Source of the DNA: the human T2T-CHM13v2.0 reference genome, Homo sapiens
Assembly (NCBI RefSeq): GCF_009914755.1
Contig: NC_060936.1
Direction: 5' to 3' (one strand)
Length of the DNA stretch: 64,000 nt
Position numbers and translations under genes: made by a program. How positions within the stretch are numbered: position 1 is the stretch's first letter; every line of letters starts with the position of its first letter. The notes below the pieces were generated by a model. That model worked only from the letters and a program-made list of their open reading frames with translations. It did not search any database and had not been told where the DNA came from. Shown piece by piece: positions 45,047 through 56,781 of this stretch.

Positions 45047-46079
45047 GACCGGCTGAAGCCATGGCAGAAGAACATAAATTGTGAAGATTTCATGGACATT
45101 TATTAGTTACCCAAATTAACACTTTTATAATTTCTTACGCCTGTCTTTACTGCAATCTCTGAACATAATTTGTGAAGATTTCATGGACATTTATCACTTC
45201 CCCAATCAATACTCTTGTGATTTCCTATGCCTGTCTTTACTTTAATCTCTTAATCCCATCATCTTCATAAGCTGAGGATGTATGTCACCTCAGGACTCTG
45301 TGATGATTGCGTTAACTGCACAAATTGTTTAAACAATATCAAATCTGGGCACCTTAAGAAGAGGATAACAGCGATTTTCAGGGAACAAAGGAGATAACCT
45401 TAAAGTCTGGCTGCCTGTGGGCTGGGCAGGACAGAGCCATATTTCTCTTATTACTGAAAACGGGTAAGAGAAGTATTGCTGAATTCTTTCCCCAGTAAGG
45501 AATACTAATAATTAGCAGCCCTGGGAAAAGAATGCATTCCCAGGGGAGGCCTCTGAAATGGCCACCCTGGGAGTGTCTGCTTTTATGCAGATGTAGATAG
45601 GGATGAAACACACCCTACTCTCCTGCAGCACCCCCAGGCTTGCTAGGATTAGGAAATTCCAGCCTGGCAAATTCTAGTCAGACTGGTTCTCTGCTCTTGA
45701 ACTCTTTTAAGATGTTTATCAATGACAATGCGTGCACAGTGGGACATGGAAGTTCATTAGTGATTCTAGTTGCCCTGAACTTGTGATCTTGCCCTGCTCA
45801 TCTGCCTTGTGATCTTTTGTTGCCCTTAAAGCATGTGATCTCTGTGACCCACACCCTATTTGTACACTCCCTCCCCTCTGAAAATTGCTAATAAAAACTT
45901 GCTGGTTTTACAGCTCAGGGGGCATCACAGAACCTGCTGACATGTGATGTCTCCCTTGGACACCCAGCTTTAAAATTTCTCTCTTTTGTACTCTCTCCCT
46001 TTATTTCTCAGACTGGCCAACACTTAGGGCAAATAGGAAAGGACTCACGTTGAATTATCGGAGGCAGTTTCCCCTGATA
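45047..46079 (+). mobile_element. MER11 (MER11B/C-like; HERV-K11-type) solo LTR, 5' end truncated
   Basis: GACCGGCTGAAGCCATGGCAGAAGAACATAAATTGTGAAGATTTCATGGACATT (block repeated at ~45161), AATAAA at ~45890, ends TTCCCCTGATA. Lacks the TGTTGCGGGAAGTCAGGG... start. Confidence 0.95.
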
Positions 46080-47147
46080 CTACTGAAAGTTAGACCATTT
46101 GTCAAAGCAATAAAGGTCCTCTATGAATGAATCTCAAAATCTCTTTATAAATTCAGAGCACATAACTTCCTTATAAGCACACTTGTACATTCTCTTAGAT
46201 CCAGACATATCATACTACCATTTGCCTCTTCCTCAGACATGCCGTGCCATTTTTACCCCTATTGCCTTTCCATTGTTTATTCTGTTCAGAATTGTAGTTC
46301 CCAATTCCTTTAACAAATCTTACTTATCCTAAAATCCCCAACCTAAGTGCTACTTCCATGATCTTCTTACTCTAAATCAGAAATTGCTCTTTTCCTGTCC
46401 TACAACTGATTTCTTTCTGTTTGATTTAGTTGTTCTATGTGGAGATAGTATAGGGAGATTGACCCCACAGAAATTCTCAAGTCCCTTCTTTTCTCTTGCC
46501 ATTTCCCGCCAGAAGGGTTGGAAAAACTACTCATTTCTGCAGCCTTCCTTACAGCTAGGTGTGGTCACATGGCACAGTTCTGAGATGTCTGCAAGGAACT
46601 TAATAGGAAAGCTTATGTTTCCTTATAAAAAAGACAGGCAGTAGAAGGGAGCTCTTTGTCTCTTTCCCCTTCCTTCCTTAAACACTGACATGATGCTTAG
46701 AGATGTGCAGCTTTTGCAACCATGAGGTAGAAAGTACAAAGCCAGAAGGCAAATGCAAAGGATGGAGAAGTAAAGGGATGGGACATTGTTGAACTACTGC
46801 ATCTACTCAGGATTGCTCATGTGTAGATTTCTTATATGTGAGAAGTTAAAATTATTCATTGTGTTAGCCTCTTAACTGAATTTGTTGGTTTTTGCTGCTG
46901 AATGCATTTCTAATAAATGTAATCTACTTGCCCATCTTTTAAAAATATGCATTATTAAGAACTATAGTCATTATGTCGTACAGTAGATAGCTTGAACTTA
47001 TTCCTCTTCACTAAATTCTATATCTTCTAACCAATATCTTCTCCCACCACCCCACCAGATACAATGTACTTGTCCATTTTTACCACTGGATTCTAAATTT
47101 AAGTTCAGTATATTTTAAATTCCTTGATGGAAAGTTTTAAGTATCTT
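46080..47147 (+). repeat. Direct repeat copy 2 (1068 bp) flanking the MER11 LTR
   Basis: About 95-96% identical to copy 1 (hand count: ~25 substitutions and 2 indels over the first ~580 bp). Confidence 0.97.
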
Positions 47148-47432
47148 CATCTTTGTATTTATTTTTTGTTGATGAACTTTGAATACAGATCCTCAATAAA
47201 TGCTAAATTGATTGAATATTGTTTCATCTATCAATACGAACAATTCAAATAAAAGTGTGAGAGAGAAACTAAACATGACCACTAAATAAACATTATGTAA
47301 AGTCGTACTTTTAAAAACGATATTCTGTGAAACATTTCTTTTAGATTTTAACTTTTCCCTTGTTGATATATTATCTAATTTTGGACAAAGGTGAGCTCAG
47401 AATGTTGCTGAGCCAGTTTCCACCTTATTTAG

Positions 47433-47606
47433 ATGGACTTCGAAATGGAAAGCATATTAGCAATTTGTTTTCATAAGATATCCCACAAGGAAAGAATAAA
47501 CAATCACCAGCAGTCATGTAAATACAGTGGGACTTTTCTAGTGACGTCATCATGTTTCACTATTTATCACTCCTCATTTGGACTATTCCCTTATAAATAC
47601 CGCCAG
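47433..47606 (+). other. Candidate 174-nt exon (open in phase 0) in unique sequence
   Basis: TTTCCACCTTATTTAG|ATG ... CAG|GTAAGC; 58 open codons with no recognisable protein homology. Confidence 0.3.
47529..47549 (+). promoter_or_regulatory. Perfect CRE palindrome next to a kappaB-like motif
   Basis: GGGACTTTTC at 47529-47538 and TGACGTCA at 47542-47549; motif match only. Confidence 0.3.
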
Positions 47607-50600
47607 GTAAGCATCAGATGGTTTGTGAAGCCTTAAAGAGCTACCCTGAAGTTATTTTCGGTAGCTCTGTCCCCAAAAAAACCTCAGCTAAAATTAATAA
47701 GCAATTGGTGCAGTTGAATGGGATGATTCAAAGCACATACAGTCCCTAGAATTTGCTTTGCAGAAGTCAGGTATAAAATGTCAAGTGGTAGAACAGCTCA
47801 GTGTGTATTTCCTAACATTAGGTAGTAATATTAAAAACATTTATTCTTTAAGAACGTAGACATAATATCATTACTTTCACAGAGGTCTTTTCCCTCATTT
47901 TCTAGGTACACGCAAAAATTAGTGGCAAAAGGTCAATGCATTAATCTCTTTGAGAGTCATCACTTAACTTTTAACAGTTATTTGATTATCAGTTTTAAAA
48001 GATCACTTTCTTGAATACTGAATTAATGCAACGATGTTACTGTTATGTATAATAAATATGAAAATCATACCAAAACCTTAAGTTGCCTGGAGGTGCTTAC
48101 TGAGAAATCATTTCTCTGATAAATTGTTTGGAAGTTAAGTAGTTTCTCAACTAGAATGAGAATGCTCTAGTGAGAAATGTACCTAAAATTTTAAATGACA
48201 ATGGCAATCTCAGTGCCATGCCTATTTCTTTCTCCTTAACAAAATAGCATGATTATATGTCTATCTTTCACAGAAAGACAAAAACTCTCTGAGCCAATTA
48301 CCTTTAAGACCTCATATGTAAGAAAAGCAAACCTAATTGAAATGCGCTATGGCAATTCTATGACTGCACATCCTGTCAGCATTAACTAGGATTTGATTTA
48401 ACTGATTATTCTCCTAAAGAGAAATGCATGTTAGTGAATGTGCAGTGAAGCGTTTAACAAAAAGTCAGTGTGCCCTTAGGTATCTTTGTGATTTCTCGGA
48501 GACAGTGAGGACCGTAGGATGTAGATTCCCTATAATAAAACCTCACATCAATAAAAACACAAGATAAAAAAAAGAGCAACTTCAGAGTAAATGTTAGATG
48601 TTTGCATTTGATGGACGCCACTGCAGTTTCTCAACCAATGCATAACAAACAAGGAAAGGTACTGTTCTGGAATAATAATTTCACGGGACATTATTATGAA
48701 CTGACAGGTGCCTACAAAATATGACATTCTCATCTACATTTTATGTGGATTTTATGACAGAAGTTCAGTAAACATTCTCCCAAATGTGAAATTCTTTGGG
48801 CAGCTTTAAAAGCAAATGAAGACAGACATGATATTTGTAGTCTGGCTGGTTAAATAGGTGAAAGTATGCATTTTTAAGAATGCTTTGGCGGTTTTCTGAG
48901 AAAAAACTGCCTGCAAAAGGTTCAAAAGCAAATGCTATAGCTCTTAAAATAAATGCTTCTAAGTGAACACCATTAGGTAGAGGCAGGCCTCCATGCAAAA
49001 CACAGCAGAAACCTTAGACCATCAACTCAGGCAACGCTGGTCTCCAGGCCACTTTCATTGTATATTCGCAGGTATCTGAAGCAAATGTAGGTTGTGTTGG
49101 ATATTTATGATTGTTAACAATGTCAACATTTATTGAACCTTTTGCATGTACTAGTTCATTAAATTGTTCCCACACCCTGATGCAGTAAGATCTATTGCCA
49201 TGTCCACACTACCAATGAGGAAGCAACAGATGAAGGGCAGAGAGGTCAGTGACTGGCCCAAGGTCAAATAGCTCTAAGCAGTGGACATAAGGCCCAATTC
49301 TACTGCTAAAACATTATTCATTGTGTTTTCTTGTACAGACTTTGCCTGATTCCAAAGCAGCCAATTAAGCAAAATTTTAATGATGTCATCTAGCACTGAC
49401 TGATAGTCACAAAAAGATTTTCATGTTTTTATAATATTACCTTATTTTAGCTTTTCAGCTCACTTTAATCAAGAACTCCTTAAAAGAGGCATTGGTCAAT
49501 TGGTAGGGATTGTCAAAGTGATCCCTCAGTCTTTCTGCTATGCAAGAACAGTTTACAATTCTGCTTTTCTATCAGTTGATCCTTACTGATCACTTTTTTT
49601 AGATTAGAAAAAATTAGAAAGCTACAAAATCTCAGAGGTGTTAGATTAGAAAAGTGAGTCCTCGGTTCTATAAGATGCTGTTGTAAATGGCAATATAATT
49701 GCACAAGAGACACTGGCAGTAGAGTGGGTGAAAGAAGCACCTCAGTAATGCATGAATCATTAACATGGGCAGCCACGTGACACCCAAAAGGGCAAGTTTC
49801 AGAGGTGCCACAATGCAAATTGTTCCAGAACATGAGAGCTTTCATGAAACATTAACACTGATTTACTATCCCAGGTGGACTACTCGTGAAAGTGCTTTAA
49901 AGGAGGGAGAGAGAAAAATCCACATGCCCACTCCATTTAATTCCTCAAGGAATAGGTTTATTTTCTGCCATGTGATCACCTCTAATAATACTGCAGCACT
50001 TTTAGAAAGGATAGATATGATTTCCCTAACCCACATTTCCCATCTGAGAAACTGCAATAACAATTAACTATTAATGACAAGAAGAAAATAAGCTTTCTTT
50101 TCCCTTGGCAATCTGTCACAGTGAACTCCGCTGGTAGCTTGAGAAGCAGTTCGATGTGTTTATCTGTCAAAAGGATATCATCTTAGAGGTAAGAAAAGCA
50201 CACTCTTCAGAAAAATGCCCTCCTTATGGATAAAACTAGAGCTAAATGTATTTTATTCTTGCAGATAGGTTTCCATTTTCATAAATCACAGACAGATTAA
50301 AAATTTCACTGAATAGAGTCAGAAACAGGAAAATTGTACCCCTGGCTTTCTGGAGCCATAAAATCAGCCCCCAGTTTAATTGCTTGCTCATTGAGCTATT
50401 CTGCTTTCTGAAAATCAATTTTGAGTATCAAATTAGTTTTAACTTTTCAAATCTGAGAGAAAGAATTTTAGAACTCTCCGACATAATTTGCTATACTTTG
50501 GATTGTCTCAAAATCATGACTGGAAACCACTTTATCCAAACTCTCTCTTGTATAATATGTGATCGCTTAACTTTTTAATACATGCAGCAGGAACTAAGCT

Positions 50601-51029
50601 TTTCATCTTTTTGCCCAAGCACATACATTCATCATCTTGTACATGGACATTGGCTAAATGAGATGCTACAACTTTTACCTAATTTTCTTCAAAATGTTGA
50701 TATGCAATGTATAGTAAAATGTTAAGATTAAATGAAAACTCTACCATCTTTGCAAAGCCTTCTTAAAAAAGAGGATTAACTTTTGCATTGACCTATTACA
50801 GGTCCTTTGGGAAGCCTTCCAAAAATTCTGTGCATCTCAACGTGGATATTTTACGTTTTTGACAATAGAACTTAAACCTGTTAGAAATTTCCCTTTGAAA
50901 TCATATATTCATCTCCTTTGAACTCAACAATTTTCTAAATACCATGCATATTGTGTTTCTTGAAATGTGAGAAGTTAGGAATTCCACTTGCAGGTGTCAA
51001 AGAGTAACAAGAACTGAGTTAGTGACTCT

Positions 51030-52960
51030 TCTGCCTTAAATGAGTATAAAACTAGACCAAATATGTGAAGCAAAAGTTTTCAGATGTTGGACAACAGGCA
51101 GCACAGGACAGTGATCCTTGAGAGGAGGAAATAGTGGGATGAGCGTCACCAGCACCTCAGCTTCCTGCCTGAAGAGAGGCCACACATCTCCCCAAGTTCA
51201 GAATTCAAAGAGGCCAAGGAGGCTAGAATTCTCAGGGCAGAGTACCAGAGAGCAGAGTGCTGTATGGAAAAGAGAGACCTACATAGAACGATCGCTTGCT
51301 CTACAGGGTTTTCCTGGAGTTTTCAGGTGAGTCCTGATCAGCACAAGGATGGGAGGAAGCTTCCTGAGGCAGGGGGAATAAAACCAACCAGAAAAGAACA
51401 CGGGGAATAGTCCTCAGAGTTCACACAGGAATGGGGATAGTGCCTGTTTCCACCAGCCAGAGTATCAAAGCCTTATCATATACAGGGTACTGACAAGAGT
51501 ATTCAGAATGACTTAGGCAAAATTAACCGTAGATCAGTGTCCATAAATTTTTTCTATAAAAGCTTATCTAATTTTAGGCTTTATAGTCTAAGAGGCAAAA
51601 GCAAATTTATTTTGTAGGTGCTTGCATAACAAGAGAGAAAACTCTTTTTCTCCCTCTTCCTCATTTGACCTAGAGGGGCAGGCTGTCCCTGTTTTGGGAA
51701 TGCCTTGTCCTAATTGTCATCTGGGAATGTTCTTGGGATGAAAGTAACCAGCCTTAATTAAGGGGGAGGGCTTGCCCTTAAGATTGTGTGGGAGGGGAAG
51801 GGTGGTCACCTTGGGCGATTTTGTTCTCTGCCCAGTGACACCTAGATCCCGGTGCCCCTTTCTCTCCTCCCAGAGAGCCTGGCTGTCTTAACAGGGAAGA
51901 CAAGCATCTAAAGGGAAGTTGGCTTGCTAAATTTCCCACTCCCAGATTGAGATTTCTACTGCATGTTGTTTGGCAGTTGCCAACAGGGAGGTCCCCAGCT
52001 TATAGTGGAGATCCAGCTTATAGTGGAGATCCTGAACAGCAGCAAGGCATGGCTGCTAGCAGGCTAGCAGGCTCTGGGAGTAGAGGGGGCCGGCCCGGCT
52101 TTGGCTTTGTCTCTGTGTTTCACAGTGCTTAGAGATGCCTTCAAGACATGAAAACAAACTGTAGGCTGAATGTAGGTAGCTTCTAGGCTGTAGTTTGACA
52201 ACTCAGCTTTAGAGTAAACTGCTCTGGTTCCACCTAGCAAAGTTTAATGTAAGTCTCAAAAGAATTAAACTGGTTTTAAGTAACTCAATTACTTGGAAAC
52301 ATAATTAAAAATTTTAACAAAGCTCCAAATATTTGAAGGCATAAAAATATTTGGCACCCAACAAGGTACAATTCCCAATGTTTGGAATTCAATAAAAAGT
52401 CCCAGATATGCAAAGATTTAGGAAAATAAAACCAATAATGCAGAGAAAATAATAAAAAAAATAGAAAACAGACCAGAAATGATATAGATGATAGAATTTG
52501 TAGATAAGGGCATTAAAACAGTAATTACAACTACGCTCCATACACTTAATAAGTAGAAGAAAGTCTGAACATTCTAAGGAGAGATATCAAAAAAAAAAAA
52601 AAAACCCACGTGTCACTTCTAGAAAAAAATTGCAATGTCTAGAATAAAAAATGCAGGGGACAGGATTAACAGCTGATTAGACACTGGAGAAGAAGGGATT
52701 GGTAAGCTTGAAGACACAGCAATAGAAACTTTCCAAAATGAAACAGAAAAAAGATTGAAAAAGAATATGAACAAAGCCTCAGTTAGTTGTGGGACAAGCT
52801 TAAGTGGCCTAATAAATTGGTGGGGGGGAGTTCTTAAGTATATTTTAAGACATAATGGATGAAAAATCTATAAATTTAATAAAAGTCTTATAACCACATA
52901 TGCAAGAAGTTCAATGAACCTAATGTAGAAATGTAAAGAAAACTGTAATACAGCACCTGA
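51030..52960 (+). mobile_element. Ancient L1 (L1ME-type) 5' UTR/ORF1 region, interrupted
   Basis: GTTTTCAGATGTTGGACAACAGGCAGCACAGGACAGTGATCCTTGAGAG, GAATTAAACTGGTTTTAAGTAACT, AAGCTTGAAGACACAGCAATAGAAACT. Confidence 0.75.
51535..52206 (-). mobile_element. MER58B-like hAT-Charlie element with non-element middle
   Basis: Left end CAGTGTCCATAAATTTTTTCTATAAAAG..TTTTAGGCTTT..AAGAGGCAAAA..GTAGGT..ATAACAAGAGAGAAAAC; right end GGCTGTAGTTTGACAACTCAG; degenerate 8-bp TSD CCGTAGAT / CTTTAGAG. Confidence 0.65.
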
Positions 52961-53889
52961 TATACCGAATGGTTTTAAAATGTCAGAAGTCAGACTGTCA
53001 TAATTGAGTTTACCGTTAATATAAGGAGGGTGAGGAAAGTAAGGATGTATGAGACTACTTGGGGGGACAGATTTAGCATCATGAAAATGGAGACTTCAAA
53101 GAGAATATAAAACTTCTGGTAGCTTCTATGTGTTAAGCATTTAGGTTGTTACTTCTGACTGAAATTATATGTTTTGAAGTTGGAAAATGATGTAAGGTCT
53201 CATTCATTGATTAACTCACTAACATTCATTTAACACACATTTGAGCTCTTATTTCTACAAAAGCACATTAGGACACATAAAAATGAAGAGCACCAACACT
53301 GGCCTCAGACAGCTGATAATCTAGTTAACTTCCAAGTGCTATGGCCTAAACAATTTTACAAGTGTTTGACAGACACATATATAGCTTTTAGCTGTTTTTT
53401 CCCTATTTCCTTGTCACATATTGCGATGAACATGAAATTACAACTAATTTAAAAGAAACACTCTTTCCTGAGTTATCTACGTCTTCTTAATGTGTGAAAT
53501 CATCCTTTAGGAGGACTGAGGGAGTGGCATTGTTTACGGTAAAAATAGTTTTCCATTTAGTCACCTCTTTAATTCATTATTCTTTACCTTTAGCACAAAT
53601 GTTTCCTGAAGTGTCTTATCTAAAACTTTATGACAAGCAAAAAATGTAAGAGTCACACTGTGGTGCACAAATATTTATAAACAAATATGAAATAAATGAG
53701 TACACCCCAGGAAAATGATCCTTACCTAGGAGTATATGCAAATATGAAAATGAATGCACATTCCTCAAGAAAAATATGACCTTTAAACAGGTCTATGTAC
53801 TATAGTAGTAGTCACCACCATAAAACAATAACCTGGAATAGATAATGAAACATAAAATAGTTCAGCCTTGAAGATAAGTCCTGGCCCAA

Positions 53890-54145
53890 GGAAAGCATGG
53901 TGCAAGAACCCCAAGGATTGTTCAAGATAATTCATTGAAGTGAAAAAAAACATTCAAAATTTATTTATATTTATTTTTATTTGGCTCCTTAAAATTTTAT
54001 TTTTGGTAAGTTTTATAATAAACATGTAATACTAGTATACTAGTAATACTTTTATAAATAAACCAGCACATATGCATTAGAGATATAAAATTTTTTTTAA
54101 ACATATGTGGTGTGTGACCAAAAACATCCAGAAACCACAGGTCTA
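53890..54145. mobile_element. hAT-Charlie-type MITE remnant
   Basis: AT-rich body ending AAACCACAG|GTCTAGAC (Charlie-like end and target); family uncertain. Confidence 0.4.
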
Positions 54146-55386
54146 GACAAGTTATCTTTAAGCATTATTAGAAACAGAATCTTTTTTTAATAGAAAATCT
54201 TATGTAAAATCTCAATAACAAGAGAAAAACAGTATTTATTTAAAATATTTTAAAATAGAAACTATGTTTTTCAACTTCTAAGTTACAATGTTTGATTTTA
54301 ACAAAATCATCCAGAAATTGATGAAGATGATTCGATTTTAAGTGAATGATTATGGACAGCTGTAGTATTTTATCAGCCTCAGCTTCTAGGTTTATTTCTA
54401 TGAATTCTGCAATATTTATAGAATGATCACAGTCTATTAACAGGTCATCTCATCCTGTTAATGTCTCATCCTGTCTCAGTGCTATATAGATCTCCAACAC
54501 TACTAGTACTGCTAAATAGATGGGTGAACAAATGAATGAATACTATTATGTGTTATACTTTTTAATTCAATAAGGTAGCAGAAGACACTTTAAGGTCACT
54601 TTAAACTATTTTAAAAAAGTAACACCTATGTTAAAGTTTGATACATGGCAGCCCACAAACACTTTAATGTGTTTTAAAAGTTTTAAAAGTTACTTAAAGA
54701 GCTTAAAATATATGAAAAATTAAGTAAAAATCAAATATTTGCAGACTTTTTCCTTTTTGTTGCTACAAAAGATAGAATAGAGAAAGATGCCAATGGATAA
54801 GGTCTGTATATTAAGTAATAGTATTGTATCAACGTTATTTTCCTTATTTTAATAATTGTTTTATGGATATAAAAGAGAATGGTCTTGTTCTTAGGAACCA
54901 TACACTGAACTACTTAGAGGTAAAGAGCCATAATATCTGTAACACATTCTCAAGTAGTTAATTTTCATCTATTTTTGAGTCAAAATTCACAACTTAAACC
55001 ATGTTGAATGATCTGCTCAAGAGCTAACTATTAGGTGCCACTCTACTACTTTTATACACAGTCTTGTTGAACAGGCTGAGAAAAGATTGAGAGTGATTCC
55101 AAAGGAAATGCCGGTTCAAAATGATTGTTCTGAAGAACACCAGGCTGTTGTTCAGACAGTGCCACATCCTCTAAGAAAGGAGATGTGAATACTTCACGAG
55201 ATATGTTTGTCAATAAGAGATACATTTGATACAGACCCACAAGCACATGCACATATAACTTAAGATGTCACTCAGTTTATTTGACCTAAACCATTTATAG
55301 CTTTAATAGCTTTCTGAAATTATCTTTTTAAAATTAGTTTATAACTTTATTGCCTTTCTACCACATACTAGAAAGTCAATTTGGTT

Positions 55387-55712
55387 GGCCAGGTGCAGCG
55401 GCTCACGCCTGTAATCCCAGCAGTTTGGGAGGCCGAGGAGGTCGGATCATGAGGTCAGGAGCTCGAAACCAGCCTGACCAACATGGTGAAACCCCATCTC
55501 TACTAAAAATACAAAAATTAGCCGGATGTGGTGGTGCCTGCCTGTAATCCTAGCTACTCAGGAGGCTGAGGCAGGAGAATCTCCTGAACCCAGGATTGAG
55601 GCAGTTCAAGCTCTTGAAATGCATAGGTTGCAGTGAGCCAAGATCATGCCATTGCACTCCAGCCTGGGTGACAAAGTGAAACTCCGTCTCAAAAAAAAAA
55701 AAAAAAAAAGAA
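55387..55712 (+). mobile_element. Alu SINE (AluSg-like) with ~25 extra nt in right arm
   Basis: Full Alu; extra sequence ATTGAGGCAGTTCAAGCTCTTGAAATGCAT at about 55595-55625. Confidence 0.96.
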
Positions 55713-56493
55713 AATAAATTTGTGAGACAGGACATACACACACAGATATGTGCCTCTCTCTCTATCTATCATCTATCAACTATTTATTTATTGAGAAAGA
55801 GAAAGAAGAAGAGAGAGAAGGATAGGTAGCTGATAACATCAATGTAAAACATTAACAATGGGGAATCTAGATGAATATAAGCGTACTATGGGAATATGAG
55901 AGCATTATTCTCACACTTTTCAGAGAGCTTGAAATTATTTAGAATCTAATATTATTTGAAAATTATTTGAGATCATTGCAGAAGAAGATTGAACTTGAGA
56001 ATCTTGAAAGGAGTTATGTAGAATGAGGCTAATATGATTGAAAATTATGAAGTTTCTTTATGTCTTACAGTGATTTAAGTCATGGTTGGCTCATAGTTGT
56101 CATGTTGCCTTAGAGGCCTGTTTCATTCTATCTTATAGAATACTTTACCAAAAATCTGTGTCAAATCACTTTAAAGGTAACAGATATTCAATCAATTTTA
56201 AGATATTTATATTAAAGATATTTTCAGAAAAAAATAAAAGAAATAAATAATGATTTAAAAACTCACTTCACAGGTATCTATTCCAAAAAAAAATCATGGT
56301 AAGCCAAAGATCAATTTTAGATTTTTTGTCTTTTCTCTACTTTTGAATAAAAGTGAACAGCCTTATCCAAACTTGTAATTTGATTAAATTCTACAAACAT
56401 GTACACAAATGAAGAAGCATGAACCCTGTCTACAAGGAGGTCACAATCTTCCACAGAAGAGGAGGAGTAAAATAGGGTAAAAAATAAAGAGAA

Positions 56494-56781
56494 GGTCAGG
56501 TGTGGTGGCTCACACCTGTAATCCCGGCATTTTGGGAGGCCAAGGCAGGCAGATCACTTGAGATCGGGAGTTTGAGACCAGACTAGTCGACATGGTGAAA
56601 CCCCATCTCTACTAAAAATACAAAAATTAGCCAGGTGTGGTGGCGCATGCCTGTAGTCCCAGCTACTCCGGAGGCTGAGGCATGAGGAGGTGCAGGTTGC
56701 ACTGAGCTGAGATTGCACCACTGCGCTCCAGCCTGGGTGACAGAGTGAGACTCTGTCTCAAAACAAACAAACAAACAAGAA
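56494..56781 (+). mobile_element. Alu SINE (AluS), small right-arm deletion
   Basis: Full Alu lacking the AATCGCTTGAACCCG segment; (CAAA)n tail. Confidence 0.95.

Noticed and set aside
44076-46644. Two similar ORFs (114 aa and 86 aa) as a duplicated gene
   Set aside because: They are by-products of the 1.07-kb duplication over L2/MLT1-derived sequence, with non-ATG starts and a frame-breaking indel between copies.
43973-47147. Duplication as an assembly artefact; near-equal lengths of the repeat and a full LTR (~1.07 kb)
   Set aside because: The 4-5% divergence with indels spread along the copies argues against an assembly artefact. The length match has no mechanism I can support and is treated as coincidence.
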